A stretch of DNA of 64,000 nucleotides, from the IMG/VR virus record IMGVR_UViG_3300045988_017048, positions 33,649 to 97,648 of that record. The stretch is one strand, 5' to 3'. This DNA is from a virus. The first letter of the stretch is position 1. Every line of letters starts with the position of its first letter. The notes beneath the pieces are model-generated. The model was given only the letters and a program-made list of their open reading frames with translations. It was not told where the DNA came from and did no database searches. Shown here one piece after another: positions 9,454 to 17,246 of the stretch. A program made the position numbers and the translations under genes.

Positions 9454-9819
9454 TTAATCTTCTTCAGATTCTTTCTTCATAGTTGCAGCAAGCAAAAGGG
9501 CAGCTATTGTATCTTCTGCTGTGGCTTCTCCCTTATCTACCTTTTCTTTCAGTTCCTCTACCATTTTGACACGGAGAGTATACTTCAAGGCTTCAGTAAC
9601 ACTCACCAACTCTTTTGCATTGAGGAATATTGCACTTGTTATAATCACCTCAATAGGTGCCTGTACTGTCTTGCCTTTGTAGCTTTCTACCAAGTTTTCA
9701 ACAAGTTCAACATTGGTTAAACTACCACTCTCTTTGCCACCTTCAATGGCTTTCATAGCATTCTCAAAATGCTTCTGTTCCAGATTTCTTTCCAGAACCT
9801 TTTCTTCATTCTTTTCCAT
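9454..9819 (-). CDS. hypothetical protein
   Basis: 121-aa ORF, Glu/Lys-rich and predicted helical. Confidence 0.65.
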   Translation of the reverse strand: MEKNEEKVLERNLEQKHFENAMKAIEGGKESGSLTNVELVENLVESYKGKTVQAPIEVIITSAIFLNAKELVSVTEALKYTLRVKMVEELKEKVDKGEATAEDTIAALLLAATMKKESEED

Positions 9820-9847
9820 TTTTTTTTAGAAATGAAACAATAAATGT

Positions 9848-9918
9848 AGTGTATCTTAAGACTCGAACCTAACCTCTAACCCAACAGTTAGTGTGCTACC
9901 AATTACACCAAGATACAA
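9848..9918 (-). tRNA. tRNA-like gene with non-canonical anticodon loop (perfect 5-bp stem, 6-nt loop UGUUGG; GUU/Asn-like)
   Basis: Minus strand reads TTGTATC-TT-GGTG-TAATTGGTAG-CACA-CTAAC-TGTTGG-GTTAG-AGG-TTAGG-TTCGAGT-CTTAA-GATACAC. Normal acceptor, D-loop GG and T-arm, but a 6-nt (or 4 bp + 8 nt) anticodon loop and a 3-nt variable loop. Confidence 0.55.
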
Positions 9919-10175
9919 AGACAAGTTACACATAGCAAGTATCTACCAATACAAAACCAATATCAATAGCAAGAACCTGTTACTCCATCAAGAACAAGAA
10001 CATCCCTCCATCAGTCAGACTTCATAGGGTTGATTATTTGGAATAACAGACTATCTAATGGCTGAGCATTAGATATATTACTTTGCATTAGCAATCATGT
10101 ATATTCTTATTAATAAGAACAGATACCTGCCATGTGTATTCAATAAGGTTAGGGATTAATATCCCAAGTCCTTAT

Positions 10176-11075
10176 TTACTTGCCCAAAGAGTTGATAGTA
10201 TTATAAATACCCAACAGTGAGTTAGGTACTACAATCTTCAACTTGCTGTACTCTTGAGATTTCTCATCCTTCCATGTCTTGAAGGCTCCCAATACATCTT
10301 TGAGTTCAGCTTGGTACTTCTGTGAAGCAGCCATATACTCTGTGTTCACCTTATTGGTGGACTCATTAATAGCTTGTTCACAACTGTATTTCATAGCATT
10401 CAGTTGAGCCTGTACTTCTCTGTGCTTCTTTTGAAGCTCAAAGAATATATTATCCACCTTTGTTACATCCACAGTAGGAATATAGGTATAGATGAAAGCA
10501 TCCCTACCTTTACCATCTACCTTATGTGGGTGTTGGAGCTTATCTTTCAACTCCTTTCTTGCATCAGACAAGTGTCCTTCAGGATGAATATACTTGCCAA
10601 ATACAGCAGCCTCAGCCTCTAACTGATAGTATCTATTTCTCTCCTTAATAGGAAGAGAATCATAATACTCTGCCTCAGTTAATACATGACCTCGGTTAGG
10701 AGCCTCAGGCTTAACTATTCCACTCTCCTTGTACCAGTCTTCAAGACTAATAGTCTGTAGGCCTTTCATCAAATTCTCCTTAGCTTTGATAGCTTCTCTC
10801 AACCAAGCTATAAGGGACTTAACCTGTGCTACCCCCTCAAGCATTGACTGTAGATTATTCAAGGCTTCAGGTGATACTCCTGCCTGAATGGTGATTGCAT
10901 CACCAACACTACCTACTAATGCTACCTCAGCATAGAAGAAGCATATATTATTCAGTTGTGTCTCCACACCTTGGATATACTCCTTAGCTAAGTTAGCAAT
11001 GTGGTTAGCACTTGTAGAAGTTAAGGCTACTCCTTCTTCACCTTCCTTCTTGAAGAAAACTAAATCCTCTTGCAT
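10176..11075 (-). CDS. hypothetical protein
   Basis: 299-aa ORF. Confidence 0.75.
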   Translation of the reverse strand: MQEDLVFFKKEGEEGVALTSTSANHIANLAKEYIQGVETQLNNICFFYAEVALVGSVGDAITIQAGVSPEALNNLQSMLEGVAQVKSLIAWLREAIKAKENLMKGLQTISLEDWYKESGIVKPEAPNRGHVLTEAEYYDSLPIKERNRYYQLEAEAAVFGKYIHPEGHLSDARKELKDKLQHPHKVDGKGRDAFIYTYIPTVDVTKVDNIFFELQKKHREVQAQLNAMKYSCEQAINESTNKVNTEYMAASQKYQAELKDVLGAFKTWKDEKSQEYSKLKIVVPNSLLGIYNTINSLGK

Positions 11076-11090
11076 ATCTTACTGTTTTAA

Positions 11091-11486
11091 TTATTCGTGT
11101 AAATGTTTTAAGTAATTCTTATCTAAGTCAGGATGTTTGTGTATTAAGAATCTGCAACTTATACACACTATCAGGTGAGCTACACCTTCTGCTGCTATAA
11201 TTCCTATTACAATATCCTGCCACTTAGGAAGTGAATCCCAGCTTGTCAAGAAGAGTACAAGAATGAGCATGGTTATCCAAAAAGTACTGCAATAGATGCA
11301 GAATCCCAATGGATATGCTATAAAATGTAAGAACCTATTGCCACTTTTAACCATAGGTATAAACACTTTACTGTACAAAGGATAGAATATCATATCCTCA
11401 ACCTTCAGGCAATTCCTATAGAATATGCCTAATAGTCCACCTATTACTCCCAATAGCATGAACTCAAACATTAATACATAAAACAT
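11091..11486 (-). CDS. integral membrane protein
   Basis: 131 aa with about four hydrophobic helices. Confidence 0.65.
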   Translation of the reverse strand: MFYVLMFEFMLLGVIGGLLGIFYRNCLKVEDMIFYPLYSKVFIPMVKSGNRFLHFIAYPLGFCIYCSTFWITMLILVLFLTSWDSLPKWQDIVIGIIAAEGVAHLIVCISCRFLIHKHPDLDKNYLKHLHE

Positions 11487-11519
11487 ACTTTTTTTTTAGT
11501 TAATACTAAGATTGTTTTG

Positions 11520-11900
11520 TGGAGCATAGGGGAGTCGAACCCCTGTCTTACCAATCTTTAATAAAAGAATTACACATGCTTACTACTTTTTAATGTGGTT
11601 AGTTACCCACTGGGCTGACTGGATTTACAGCATTTCCACCACCTTATTTTATTGTCCATAAACAAGGAAAAAGTTGAGTTACCTTCTGTGAGACCACAGC
11701 CTATTAATGCTCTTAAAGTCGGACCCTCAGCCTTAGTCTTCATTCAGGCTTTGCACCTTTCTGTTTCCAAGTAAGTGCTACTCAGCCTATTTAGGCAGCA
11801 ACTCTATAAGAAGTATTGCCAGTTATTGTTTTGATGTCTTTCCATCAGTCTTTGCATGTTCTCTTACCAAATAATTAGCAATCAAAACCAAAAATGCCCC
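11520..11900 (-). ncRNA. ssrA: tmRNA (transfer-messenger RNA)
   Basis: 5' GGGGCAU pairs with 3' AUGCUCC, including the G3:U70 wobble. T-arm AGGGG-UUCGACU-CCCCU and discriminator A. No anticodon arm; about 300 nt of internal sequence instead. Tag frame GGC AAU ACU UCU UAU AGA GUU GCU GCC UAA lies at 11820-11791 (GNTSYRVAA). Confidence 0.85.
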
Positions 11901-12118
11901 TAATAAATGGATTCATTTTCTATTGAAAGAATGTCCTAACAAAGTCAAATATTGTTTCTTCTTGAAACATCATTATTAAAGTCACTTAGCTTCCTCTTTA
12001 TATCCCCACATTGAAGCAGTTGCATTTATTAAGTGGTGATAGCTTACCTATCAGCATCACATTTTGCTTTTCTTCAGGTTCCATGCTTAGTAGAAATAGT
12101 GAGCTAAATCCACCATTG

Positions 12119-12190
12119 TATCTCCACTGAGACTCGAACTCAGATATATAGTTTAGAAGACTATTGTTCTATCCCTTGAACTATGGAGAC
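12119..12190 (-). tRNA. tRNA-Arg(TCT)
   Basis: Minus strand: acceptor GTCTCCA/TGGAGAT, AC stem ATAGT/ACTAT, loop CT-TCT-AA, T-arm CTGAG-TTCGAGT-CTCAG. Confidence 0.85.
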
Positions 12191-12308
12191 ATTATAAAAG
12201 AAGACCTATATTCACATACCAGCCTCCTGTAGCAATATTACTATTGCCTGAACTAAAAATCCTTTGCTTAAAAACAATCAAATTGCCTTATATGAGTAAA
12301 TACCTTAG

Positions 12309-12382
12309 TACTCCCTATTGGGCTTGAACCAATGACCTATGGTTTAGGAAACCATTGCTCTATCCAACTGAGCTAAGGGAGC
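12309..12382 (-). tRNA. tRNA-Arg(CCT)
   Basis: Minus strand: acceptor GCTCCCT/AGGGAGT, D-arm GCTC-AGTTGGATA-GAGC, AC stem ATGGT/ACCAT, loop TT-CCT-AA, T-arm ATTGG-TTCAAGC-CCAAT. Confidence 0.85.
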
Positions 12383-12434
12383 AAATACTTCCACCATAGA
12401 CAGTAGAAGTAAACTACACATGCTTATGCCATAA

Positions 12435-12827
12435 CTATTCCTCTACTTTCATACCGAAGGGTGTGCCATCAGTGAAAGTAAATTTTTCAAATACTTGTGC
12501 TAACTTCCACCAACTTCCATTGATAGATATTGGAAGGTCGTTGGCATCTTCTGAACCATCAAATACGTCAATCATTTTTGACCTTTCTGTATTTGTACTA
12601 ATTATCCATCCGAATGGCTGATGTTTCAGCATCTCTTGCCAGCACTCTTCTGCATCCTTGAAAGGTCTGTAGGTAGGCTCTGGCTTGATACGAAACTCTT
12701 GTGTTCCATCAAAGAATGCTATAGCCTCAGCTGAATACCATCTTCCATTCTCCTTATATTGTATTTCTTTTCCTTCGCTAAATGCCTTAATAATAGGCAA
12801 TAGCTTTGCTGCTTCATCTCTTCTCAT
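12435..12827 (-). CDS. hypothetical protein
   Basis: 130-aa ORF. Confidence 0.7.
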   Translation of the reverse strand: MRRDEAAKLLPIIKAFSEGKEIQYKENGRWYSAEAIAFFDGTQEFRIKPEPTYRPFKDAEECWQEMLKHQPFGWIISTNTERSKMIDVFDGSEDANDLPISINGSWWKLAQVFEKFTFTDGTPFGMKVEE

Positions 12828-12832
12828 ACGCT

Positions 12833-12994
12833 TTACTTAAATAATAAAAGCTTTCCTTTTTCAATGCCTATGGATTTAATTTCTCGATAGTGAGATTCCC
12901 TATCCCCATAAGGATTGATAACTACATCCTCTTTTATGCAAACATCCATATCTGGATTGAGTTGTAGAAACGCTGCTAATTCTTTTGCTTTCAT
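12833..12994 (-). CDS. small hypothetical protein (53 aa)
   Basis: Read by hand: MKAKELAAFLQLNPDMDVCIKEDVVINPYGDRESHYREIKSIGIEKGKLLLFK. Fills the gap between neighbouring genes. Below the ORF-track length cutoff. Confidence 0.4.
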   Translation of the reverse strand: MKAKELAAFLQLNPDMDVCIKEDVVINPYGDRESHYREIKSIGIEKGKLLLFK

Positions 12995-12999
12995 GTGAT

Positions 13000-13170
13000 T
13001 TACTCCTCAACTTTTTTAAATATTATATTTTTACCATCAGAACGGTCTGAAGCAGAACAATACTCATGACATGCTTCTCCTTCTATTGCAAAGAAACAGT
13101 CTTGACAAGAAATACATTCTACTTCAACTACTTCTAAGATAATTCTTTCTCCAACTTTAAGCTCTTTCAT
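13000..13170 (-). CDS. small Cys-rich hypothetical protein (56 aa)
   Basis: Read by hand: MKELKVGERIILEVVEVECISCQDCFFAIEGEACHEYCSASDRSDGKNIIFKKVEE. Carries CxxC...C...C. Below the ORF-track cutoff. Confidence 0.4.
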   Translation of the reverse strand: MKELKVGERIILEVVEVECISCQDCFFAIEGEACHEYCSASDRSDGKNIIFKKVEE

Positions 13171-13182
13171 AACTCTATCTAT

Positions 13183-13491
13183 TTAAACAATTTTAAAAAT
13201 AAGCACTCTTAAATCCTTCTCAATCCAGTAATCATAATGTGGAAAACTAGAAGTAATGCAGGAATATTTTTGAAGTGTGGGAAACGGGTTTTCATTGTTA
13301 TACATTACTGTAATATAGTCTCCTGGTTCAAAGAATTTATCACCTCCACTGCCAAAAACCTCATCAGCATTCCAAGTATAATCGCTGCTGAATACCATCC
13401 AAAATTCTTTGTCAACCTCTTCATTGTTAATTGCCTCCAACAACATTACTATTTGGGCTTTATCTATTGGTTGTAATTCTATCATATCCAT
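13183..13491 (-). CDS. hypothetical protein
   Basis: 102-aa ORF. Confidence 0.65.
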   Translation of the reverse strand: MDMIELQPIDKAQIVMLLEAINNEEVDKEFWMVFSSDYTWNADEVFGSGGDKFFEPGDYITVMYNNENPFPTLQKYSCITSSFPHYDYWIEKDLRVLIFKIV

Positions 13492-13839
13492 CCAATTAAT
13501 TTACACATTATTAAATAAATGTTATAAGCATAGCAGTTGGACGGATGATTATTACAGAAATCTCCTAAATCACTCATCCAATCCAATACCCACTTTGCAT
13601 ATAACAACAACCACAAGTCTCTTTTCATCCTTTCCATTCTTTAGTAGTGTCTATTAAAGAGAGAGAGAAGTCTCTCATAGGGAATTTATGGTTTACTTCT
13701 TGATAGTTATTCAAGCATCTTGCAGGTTGCATATCCCCTTACCTACAATTAACATGCACCAAGTTAAATGCTTGGGCTTTTCTAACCATACCAAATCTCG
13801 GGAATTTCTGGAATCTCCATAATCATACAATTTAATGTT

Positions 13840-14601
13840 CTAATCAAATAAGTTTTTCACTCTATCACCAAGAATCTTAGCTGCCTTGATTGCATCTTCT
13901 TGATTTCTGAAGTATACAATACCTGCATACTGTACAGTATTGTGCTGATATACACCAACACCACTGCAAGTATCAACTACAGGACCACTGCCATTGTTAT
14001 AATTGCCAAGGAAATATCCTGTATTGCTTGTAGTTTTCTTCCAAGAGCCATTGAAGAACTTAGCAATGACTGCCAAGTCTACAAGTGTATTATACTTCTC
14101 TGCTTCATCAACAGGGACATTGGCACAGAAGCATGTATTGCATACTTTACTGTTGATGTATTTGAAGTTGAGCTTCAATTCATCCTCAGTATATGCACTC
14201 AGTGCTAATGTACGCAATGTGCTATTACCACTATTATACCACTCTATTGCCTGTTCAAGTGTTACCTTGATGTTTCTTTTCTCTTCCATGTTATTTGTTC
14301 TTTGTTTGTCAATGTCAAAATCACTTCCTACCAAGCTACCATTAACCAATCCAGTAGGCTGGGTAATAACCTGTCCATTTACCTTGGTAATGTAGATGTC
14401 TTTCAGTGTTATTCCTTGTTGAACTCTATCAGTATCATAAGTAAACCCTACTACCATCATCCCAGTAGTGTATCTTGGGTCTTCTACCATATCATAAAGA
14501 GATACAGTATCATAGTTGCACAAGAATTTATATCTCTTATATGAAGCTATTTGATAGAAAGGTTCTTTTCTGTGTGTGAAAATTACAGTTATTGTTCGCA
14601 T
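13840..14601 (-). CDS. hypothetical protein
   Basis: 253-aa ORF. Confidence 0.75.
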   Translation of the reverse strand: MRTITVIFTHRKEPFYQIASYKRYKFLCNYDTVSLYDMVEDPRYTTGMMVVGFTYDTDRVQQGITLKDIYITKVNGQVITQPTGLVNGSLVGSDFDIDKQRTNNMEEKRNIKVTLEQAIEWYNSGNSTLRTLALSAYTEDELKLNFKYINSKVCNTCFCANVPVDEAEKYNTLVDLAVIAKFFNGSWKKTTSNTGYFLGNYNNGSGPVVDTCSGVGVYQHNTVQYAGIVYFRNQEDAIKAAKILGDRVKNLFD

Positions 14602-14870
14602 GATTCTTCTCCTATTATTTTGTTAAACCACATGTACAAAGACAATACTTCAAACTCTTTCTTTGAGATTAGCTTATAGCAACAGAATATCATTACTGCA
14701 ACAGCTATAAAAGTCTGAAAGAAATATCCATTGTCATAGATGCTATCTACTCCTCCTACAAAGAGTATAGTTACAAAGCCTGTTGTCCATAACAATATGC
14801 CTTTGATTATAAACTTAAATTTGTTCATTTTGTTTAATTGCTTGTTAAGTTGAAAATAATTCAAGCACAT
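14589..14870 (-). CDS. small membrane protein (alternative start at 14828)
   Basis: Two hydrophobic helices. The internal ATG at 14828 (MNKFKF...) would avoid overlap with the upstream gene. Confidence 0.55.
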   Translation of the reverse strand: MCLNYFQLNKQLNKMNKFKFIIKGILLWTTGFVTILFVGGVDSIYDNGYFFQTFIAVAVMIFCCYKLISKKEFEVLSLYMWFNKIIGEESCEQ

Positions 14871-15099
14871 CTTCTGTACTAAATTCTACCTTATTCTTAT
14901 AGTCTATGTTAGACTTACTCATAGATTCACTGCCTTGATTATTCATAATGTTGCTATGAGCTAAGGTATTATTATGTACAGAGATGTGCTTTATATATTC
15001 ATCAATGACCAATCCCACACTCTTGTCAAGAAGAGCATGAGATTGGGCAAAGATGTATAACTCTCTAATTGTCACTGTTATATCTTTTATGGAATCCAT
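14845..15099 (-). CDS. hypothetical protein
   Basis: 84-aa ORF. Confidence 0.5.
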   Translation of the reverse strand: MDSIKDITVTIRELYIFAQSHALLDKSVGLVIDEYIKHISVHNNTLAHSNIMNNQGSESMSKSNIDYKNKVEFSTEDVLELFST

Positions 15100-15322
15100 C
15101 TAAGAAAGTAGAGTCAAGCTCATATCTAAGATTAAGATAATCAGACATATAATCTGAACCATCTTTATCCCAAATCCCATTGTTATCCAGTATATTGTCT
15201 GAATAATTTAGGCACTTATCCATCAGTCTTATTGTATCATTCTGTTTGGATATTGTTTCACCCATTGCTACTATTATCAGTAATAGAGCAAAAGATAAAA
15301 GTGTAATTATTATCTTATACAT
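15065..15322 (-). CDS. small secreted or membrane-anchored hypothetical protein
   Basis: 85 aa with the N-terminal hydrophobic segment IIITLLSFALLLIIVAM. Confidence 0.55.
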   Translation of the reverse strand: MYKIIITLLSFALLLIIVAMGETISKQNDTIRLMDKCLNYSDNILDNNGIWDKDGSDYMSDYLNLRYELDSTFLDGFHKRYNSDN

Positions 15323-15333
15323 TGTTATCTATT

Positions 15334-15609
15334 TTATTGTTCAGTATCTATCAAATCTTCTATTATTATACAAGGTATCTTGTCTAGATTTAATTGATAC
15401 TTACATACTTTGAAGCCTGTAATATCTAGGAGTTTTTCTATTTCCTTAAATGTAGTTAGTGTAATGTAGACTTCTTCATAGAATGATTCACCTAGAAAAT
15501 ATTCTTTGGCTCCAGTATTTCTGACTTTGAAACCTTTTCTTTTTAAGAAGTTATATATTTCTACATTGACTCCTAAGGAGTTGCCTCTCTCTAATAATTG
15601 AAACTTCAT
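15334..15609 (-). CDS. hypothetical protein
   Basis: 91-aa ORF. Confidence 0.6.
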   Translation of the reverse strand: MKFQLLERGNSLGVNVEIYNFLKRKGFKVRNTGAKEYFLGESFYEEVYITLTTFKEIEKLLDITGFKVCKYQLNLDKIPCIIIEDLIDTEQ

Positions 15610-15620
15610 ATATTTAATAA

Positions 15621-15722
15621 CTATTTATTTAATTGTTCGTTGGTACTTTTGGCATATTCTATCAATAAATATATGAATAGAATGCCAAGAATTTGTGCAA
15701 GGATGAATAGGATTATTTCCAT
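15621..15722 (-). CDS. possible 33-aa single-pass membrane peptide
   Basis: Read by hand: MEIILFILAQILGILFIYLLIEYAKSTNEQLNK. Its start overlaps the upstream gene's end by 10 nt (15713-15722). Confidence 0.3.
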   Translation of the reverse strand: MEIILFILAQILGILFIYLLIEYAKSTNEQLNK

Positions 15723-15949
15723 ATTATAGTCACCTCCTTTTCAAGTCTTGTTACTTCCATTGGTGTAATAGCCATCAAGTTACCAAATACTTTGATATAT
15801 GCCTGTTTCTTGATAACTATTTCCTTCTTTGTTGTCATTTCCATGAATACTTTATGATTTCTCTTCAACATATCCATGTGTAATTTCTTTGATTGCTTGT
15901 AATTCTTTGAACTACATACTGCATTAGGATTTACTCTGCATCTTGCCAT
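15713..15949 (-). CDS. small basic hypothetical protein
   Basis: 78-aa ORF. Confidence 0.55.
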   Translation of the reverse strand: MARCRVNPNAVCSSKNYKQSKKLHMDMLKRNHKVFMEMTTKKEIVIKKQAYIKVFGNLMAITPMEVTRLEKEVTIIWK

Positions 15950-15952
15950 AAC

Positions 15953-16144
15953 TTAGTCCATCATTAAGTCCCATAAATATGATTCATACTCACATGCAAT
16001 TTCACTATAAGTTAGTTTGGCTTCCTCTAAATACTCTGAGAGGAAATTACTTACTTGTTGGAAATTGTTAATATCACCACTGAAGGTGACATTAAGCCAC
16101 TGCTCACAAAAGTGAACAGCAGCTTTCTGTCTGTCTGTAGTCAT
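15953..16144 (-). CDS. small acidic hypothetical protein
   Basis: 63-aa ORF. 4-nt overlap with the upstream gene. Confidence 0.55.
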   Translation of the reverse strand: MTTDRQKAAVHFCEQWLNVTFSGDINNFQQVSNFLSEYLEEAKLTYSEIACEYESYLWDLMMD

Positions 16145-16329
16145 AATCCTATTCCTTTGACAAGTTTATATGGTATATATACTGAATCACTAACAGATAC
16201 TCCATGTTTGTGATACTTTATAGTATCCCACTCTGAGATACAAGCACACATACCATTTTTACCTATTATAGTGCAAAAGCCTTTACTATTCTTCAAGACT
16301 TTCTTTATTCCTCTAACACTTTTGCTCAT
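16141..16329 (-). CDS. small hypothetical protein
   Basis: 62-aa ORF, the first gene downstream of the tRNA-like element at 16359-16434. Confidence 0.55.
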   Translation of the reverse strand: MSKSVRGIKKVLKNSKGFCTIIGKNGMCACISEWDTIKYHKHGVSVSDSVYIPYKLVKGIGL

Positions 16330-16358
16330 TTGATTGTTTGTTTATGGATTGATAAAAG

Positions 16359-16434
16359 GGAGATATGATAGACTCGAACTATCATTATAACTGCAATTAT
16401 TGAGTTATGTACTAACCATTGTACTAATATCTCC
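16359..16434 (-). tRNA. tRNA-like gene with a 10-nt anticodon loop (identity undetermined)
   Basis: Minus strand reads G-GAGATAT-TA-GTAC-AATGGTTA-GTAC-A-TAACT-CAATAATTGC-AGTTA-TAAT-GATAG-TTCGAGT-CTATC-ATATCTC-C. Every arm is canonical except the anticodon loop (10 nt). The 5' G lies opposite C73, as in His tRNAs. Confidence 0.5.
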
Positions 16435-16826
16435 TAATTCCTAAGTCATAATATTAGTTGCTGTCTTTTACATATCTTAATTCTGACCTAATATATTTAG
16501 TTTCAAAACCTTCTTACTCTCTGTGCAATTTTATGTTGATTCTGCTCCTTTCTATCCTCACTAAGTGTATTGAGTAATTAATAATGTTACTCTCACCACA
16601 GTCCTGTAGTAGTATGCTATTCTTTACATCTGCACCCAATTTCAGTAGCACTCCCAATATTATTGGTACTAATTGAAGACATTTTAACAACAATTAATAT
16701 GTGTTTGTTCGATTGTTTGCTTGTTAGAGTGTGGTTTGTATTATTCCTGTAACAGTAAAAACAGTCATACATTATTGGATGACTATTCTTTGTTGCTAAT
16801 TGTAATGAGGTAATAATTATGGGGTA

Positions 16827-16860
16827 GTGACATAATGTCACACATCTGACAATATGTCAG
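16827..16860. repeat. two adjacent perfect palindromes
   Basis: GTGACATAATGTCAC at 16827-16841 and CTGACAATATGTCAG at 16846-16860, inside a non-coding region of about 0.8 kb. Confidence 0.8.
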
Positions 16861-16916
16861 TCCATTCTATTAACTCTCAGTAAATCAACAAGTTACATTC
16901 AACACAAGACAAGGAA

Positions 16917-16956
16917 GATAGGATATAAAGTGTATTCCACACTCTATTATCCTATC
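16917..16956. repeat. inverted repeat GATAGGATA ... TATCCTATC (22-nt spacer)
   Basis: Arms at 16917-16925 and 16948-16956. The 10-mer CCTATCCTAC (16951-16960) recurs at 19049-19058. Confidence 0.7.
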
Positions 16957-17200
16957 CTACTTATCCAATACATTAAACCCCTAAATACTCTACTTACCTC
17001 TCTAATCCTCTTGTCAGGAAGAGATATAAATAGGGCACATCTCATCTCACTCTATACATTAACAGAGTTAAATCCTATTACATATAATATAATGTGTAAC
17101 ATATCTCAGAGTTATACTAAGAGCATACTGATGCCTACTCATATAACTTTTACACATAAATACTATTAATGTTTAAAGGATTAAACTCTATTAATGCTTA

Positions 17201-17240
17201 AAGGAAATGAAAAGGCAAACAGGCATTCCTGCCTGTTGCC
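17201..17240 (-). terminator. rho-independent terminator after the 17247-17504 gene
   Basis: Stem GGCAACAGGCA / TGCCTGTT(T)GCC with loop GGAA, followed on the minus strand by UUUUCAUUUCC. Confidence 0.7.
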
Positions 17241-17246
17241 CTCCTG

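Noticed and set aside
16617-17169. Track ORFs 16617-16841 (minus) and 16930-17169 (plus) as protein genes.
   Set aside because: Their composition is low-complexity and implausible. There is no coupling to neighbours, and the two lie on opposite strands in a palindrome-rich AT-rich block. They are treated as non-coding.
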